Origin: Camelus dromedarius
Taxonomy: Eukaryota
Length of the DNA stretch: 64,000 bases
Assembly (NCBI RefSeq): GCF_036321535.1
Contig: NC_087437.1
Span: 118,484,001-118,548,000, forward strand
Reading direction: 5' to 3'
The notes beneath the pieces were generated by a model. The model worked only from the letters and a program-made list of their open reading frames with translations. It was not told the DNA's origin and ran no database searches. The position numbers and the translations under genes are program-made. This document shows positions 60,598 to 64,000 of this stretch, piece by piece. Position 1 is the first letter of the stretch. Each line of letters begins with the position of its first letter.

Positions 60598-63500
60598 CTT
60601 AAGCTTGTCCAGTCCGTGTTAACTTGTCTTGTCGCCTGGTCCTCACATACCCTGGTTTAACCCATCCCTTCCTCAGCGCTGTCTCACCAACACCATCACT
60701 GCTTGCTTTGCCTGCGGTCCTGCAGGAGGTACCCCGCAAAGGCTCCTGAGCACAGGTGCCACCTCTCCAGGCCCCCAGGGCTCCCCGACGCCAAGCCTGC
60801 GCAGACAAGCGCCACCCCCAGGGCCCCCGAGCTCACAGCACCCGGGCTCCGTGCTCTTCGGTGACTCGGTGGCCGCTGCTCAGTAAAAGGGGCTGTATTG
60901 TTGAGACAATTTCACCACCAGTGCTTCAAGCAGGGAAGGCCGTGTTGAGGATTTGCTTAAATCACCGAATATCGCGACGACTCTCATTTCTCCTTCAGGA
61001 AAATTGTCCAGAAAGCCTGCTTTTCCAGGTCACGAGGCGAGTCCAGCCAGGTCGCAAGCACAAACTGTAAAGCAGCAGCCATGTCCCCAGCGCTACGCCA
61101 GGGACAGCGGGCCACCCAGGACTTGGTGTGTCGATGTAGCAACTTCCGTGGGGCACACTGGAGAAAAGAGCAGGAAAAATTGCCAGAAAGTGTGTGTGGA
61201 GGGTGGGGGAGGCGTATGTGTCCTGCAGGTCATCCGAAAACGGCCAGAGGAGGAGCGGCTCTGAGTGGCTGCGTTTGGTGCGGGGAGAATATGCACACGC
61301 GCCTGCTCTCGTGTTTGGCATCTGTATCCAGAAACCATGCTTTTAGAAAGGAAATTGAAGTCTTTAGTAGAAAAAAGTCAGAAAATATAAACTCAAATTA
61401 TCTGTGACGCCAAACAAACCATGTAGCTTATATAAGCCTCGGTTTCCTCGCTATGTAAGCTAGAAATACTCATTCTGACCCCCCACACACCTAGGAAGAT
61501 TGCTGAGACAATCCAGTTACATTGTGAATTGAATGTGGATTTTTTTTAAAAATATAAAGCACTGTAGAAATTCAAGCTACTTACTTTTACCGCAAAGTAA
61601 AGGGAGTATCAGACTAACGGGTGTCAGTATGTTCCCTTTCCACCCCCAGGTTTTGTGACGGTGAGGAGGTAGCGTGCGCTGTACAGCCCCCTAAAAAGCT
61701 TCATTGTATGTTGATCAGCAACAGAAGAACCCTTTCTTCAAATATGTGATGTCTGGAGTCGGGCGGGGGGCAAAATGCTTATTCAAACCAAATAAACGCG
61801 TCTTTAGAAAACGAATCCAGAGTCCACCCGTTTTCACGAGGCTCTTGGGAGGAACAAAGGACATCGTGAAGCTAAAACCTTCTTTGAGCTCTGGGAAGCA
61901 TTGCACATACTGGTTGTTGCTGTCACTGGCCTAGTGAACTGGGAGAACTGGGGGCAGCAGGGGGCCGGTTCAGAGTGCCCCTAGAAGGGAGGGTAACGAC
62001 ACCACTGGAGGCTAAGGAATGACAGGATGTGGGGGGACGGGATGGTAACCGTGAGAGGGAGGGAGGTGGGAAGGAATGAAGGGGACAGAGGGCACAGAGG
62101 TTCCCTGGGCGAGAGAGGGGCCCTCCCCAGCCCCTGATGGTTACCGCTGTCCTTGCTCCAAAGACTGGCCTCCAGCTGAGCAGGGCACCCCTGGACAGAG
62201 GACAGGAGCATCCGGACCCCTGATGCAGTGAAGGTCCCGAAACATGAGTTCTGAGACACTGGTCCCACCTCAGGGGACAGTCAAGCCATTAGGTCTAAGT
62301 CCTGAGACCAGGTGTTCACCCATCTTGCTTCCTGATCTTCGAGACCGCAGCTGCCAAAACCTGTCCTCGTTCTCACTTCTGCTTTCCATGGATGTGACTG
62401 TGCTAGATGAATGCAGTTACAGTGTCATCTTTATGTCCTGGAGCACCTCACCAGGGCAGGGTCATGAAGCAGGTGCCATCTGGGAAGGAGGCAGTTCCAA
62501 GAGCTGGTGACTTTTGGATGCATTCCTGGGGAAGGGGCAGAGAGGGCTGCTAGGGGTTCCCAAGGAAGGGTGTGTGTCGGGGGGTGCTGTCTCTTCTGAA
62601 CACACCGCCATTCTTATCCTCCCTCGTGGCCCTGCTGAGCTGGGCGGTCACAGCCCTGGGCCATTAGCGTGATAAAACTGGTATTTCCAGACGGCTCTGG
62701 GCCGGGAGCTACACCAGGCGCGTGAGGCCTCTGGGAGCAGGGTGTGCGGGCCCTGGCCCAGGGCCCTCACTGCTACAGACTGTGCTCCCGACGGCCTGAG
62801 GGCTGTCCGCTCCCCGCTGGCTGGTCTGGAAGTCCGGCTCCTCGGGAGCTGGTCTCTGAGGACAGAGACGGACCTTGCCAGCCCTGACAGTGGGGATCCT
62901 GGGAGGTCACCGCTTGGAGTAAAAAGTAAACAGGCAGCTCAGTAAAAGACGCGGTGTCTTCAAGGCAAGTCCATCCTCGTTCTCCAGGGTTTGCTTCCTC
63001 GGCCACTTGCTTCTGGGAACTTGCTCGTCTGAAAACACGCCCTCCCAGCTGTTCCTGGAAAACAAAGGAGGGAGACGTAGGAAAAACCCTTTCATCACCT
63101 GGTACAGGGCTTCACATGGACGCAGATGGGGGGAGGTCAAAGCGGGGCTTGTGGTAGTGAACAAAGAGGGATTCAGCCAGCCCGCGGAAAGCCGGGCCCG
63201 CAGCAGACGGGCCGACCTACGCCTGTGTTTTGGTTTTTTTTCTAAAACATTTCTAGCCAGGGGGGCAAAAATGTGATTCAGGGAGAGGAAAAATCAACCA
63301 GGGACTGAACAAACGTATTCAAACTAATCTGAAACCTACATCCATATTTTTAAAAGGAGCCCCAGGCACAGCCACCTGCCCACCCAGCAGGGGACCCCGG
63401 GGAACGTGAGCATTTGACACCAGAGAGATTCCCAAGAGGGACCTGACTGTAAACTCACTTGAACTGTTTTCAACTGTTTCTTCCGTTGTGAAAGCGGATG

Positions 63501-64000
63501 GCAGATGAGACCGAGGCCTACCCTTCTGCCCAGAAGACCAAACCTACAGGCTTAAGAGAAAGCACTGACAATGGGTGAGATCTGCCAAGCTGGCCGGCTC
63601 CTCCAAACCCCTGCCTAGCAAAGAGAAGTGTTTGCAGACAAAATGTGCTCCCAGGTGCATACATTCCTATTACAGGCAGATTCATCTTGGATAAGAAACT
63701 CTGTTAATTGTCCTCCAACACAGGGCATTTCATGCGAGTTCCCTGACAGAGCTGCTGTTGCTGGAAGAGGGTCTATGGAATGGGACAGGGAGTGGGGCCC
63801 AGATTGGGGGTGGGAGGGGGGACAGAACCCTTCCTTTGCAGGCAAATCCCAGCTTCTCAGGTAAGTGACTACCCCCAGGAGACCCTGCACTTCCCCCAAA
63901 ATTAGGACCCCAATGCCTGGAGAAGTTCTGAGCAACCCAGCTCTGCTGATGACCTGGGTAGATGAGCCCTTCTTTTATTCTAGAGGAGCCAGTCCTAGTC

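Noticed and set aside
1..64000. CRISPR array, operon or defence-like novel system
   Set aside because: Mammalian repeat-rich non-coding DNA; no regularly spaced repeats or gene-dense structure

Overview
Mammalian genomic DNA, most likely a camelid (Camelus/Vicugna/Lama). The main evidence is five copies of a tRNA-derived SINE with the Vic-1-type head GGGGAGGGTANAGCTCAGTGGTAGAG...GGTCCTGGGTTCAATCCCCAG and tail AAATAAACCTAATTACCTCCCC-polyA, plus cetartiodactyl-type L1 3' ends. I recognise no protein-coding gene. The only ORFs with recognisable protein similarity are decayed L1 ORF2 fragments; the rest are simple-repeat or GC-rich chance ORFs. The window looks intergenic or deep-intronic and is rich in transposable elements (ERV1-type solo LTRs, MaLR/ERVL LTRs, L1, L2, MIR, Tigger/Mariner/hAT MITEs), with unique CpG-containing stretches carrying enhancer-like motif clusters and a few strong orphan splice signals that may belong to lncRNAs. 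The most notable structures are: a 5'-inverted (twin-primed-like) Vic-1 SINE, two inverted L1s (one with an extra micro-inversion), an LTR-in-LTR nest, a convergent inverted LTR pair around a unique segment, and signs of AT->GC-biased substitution. I found no evidence for a new multi-gene biological system. Repeat family names come from my recollection of consensus sequences, not from a search.
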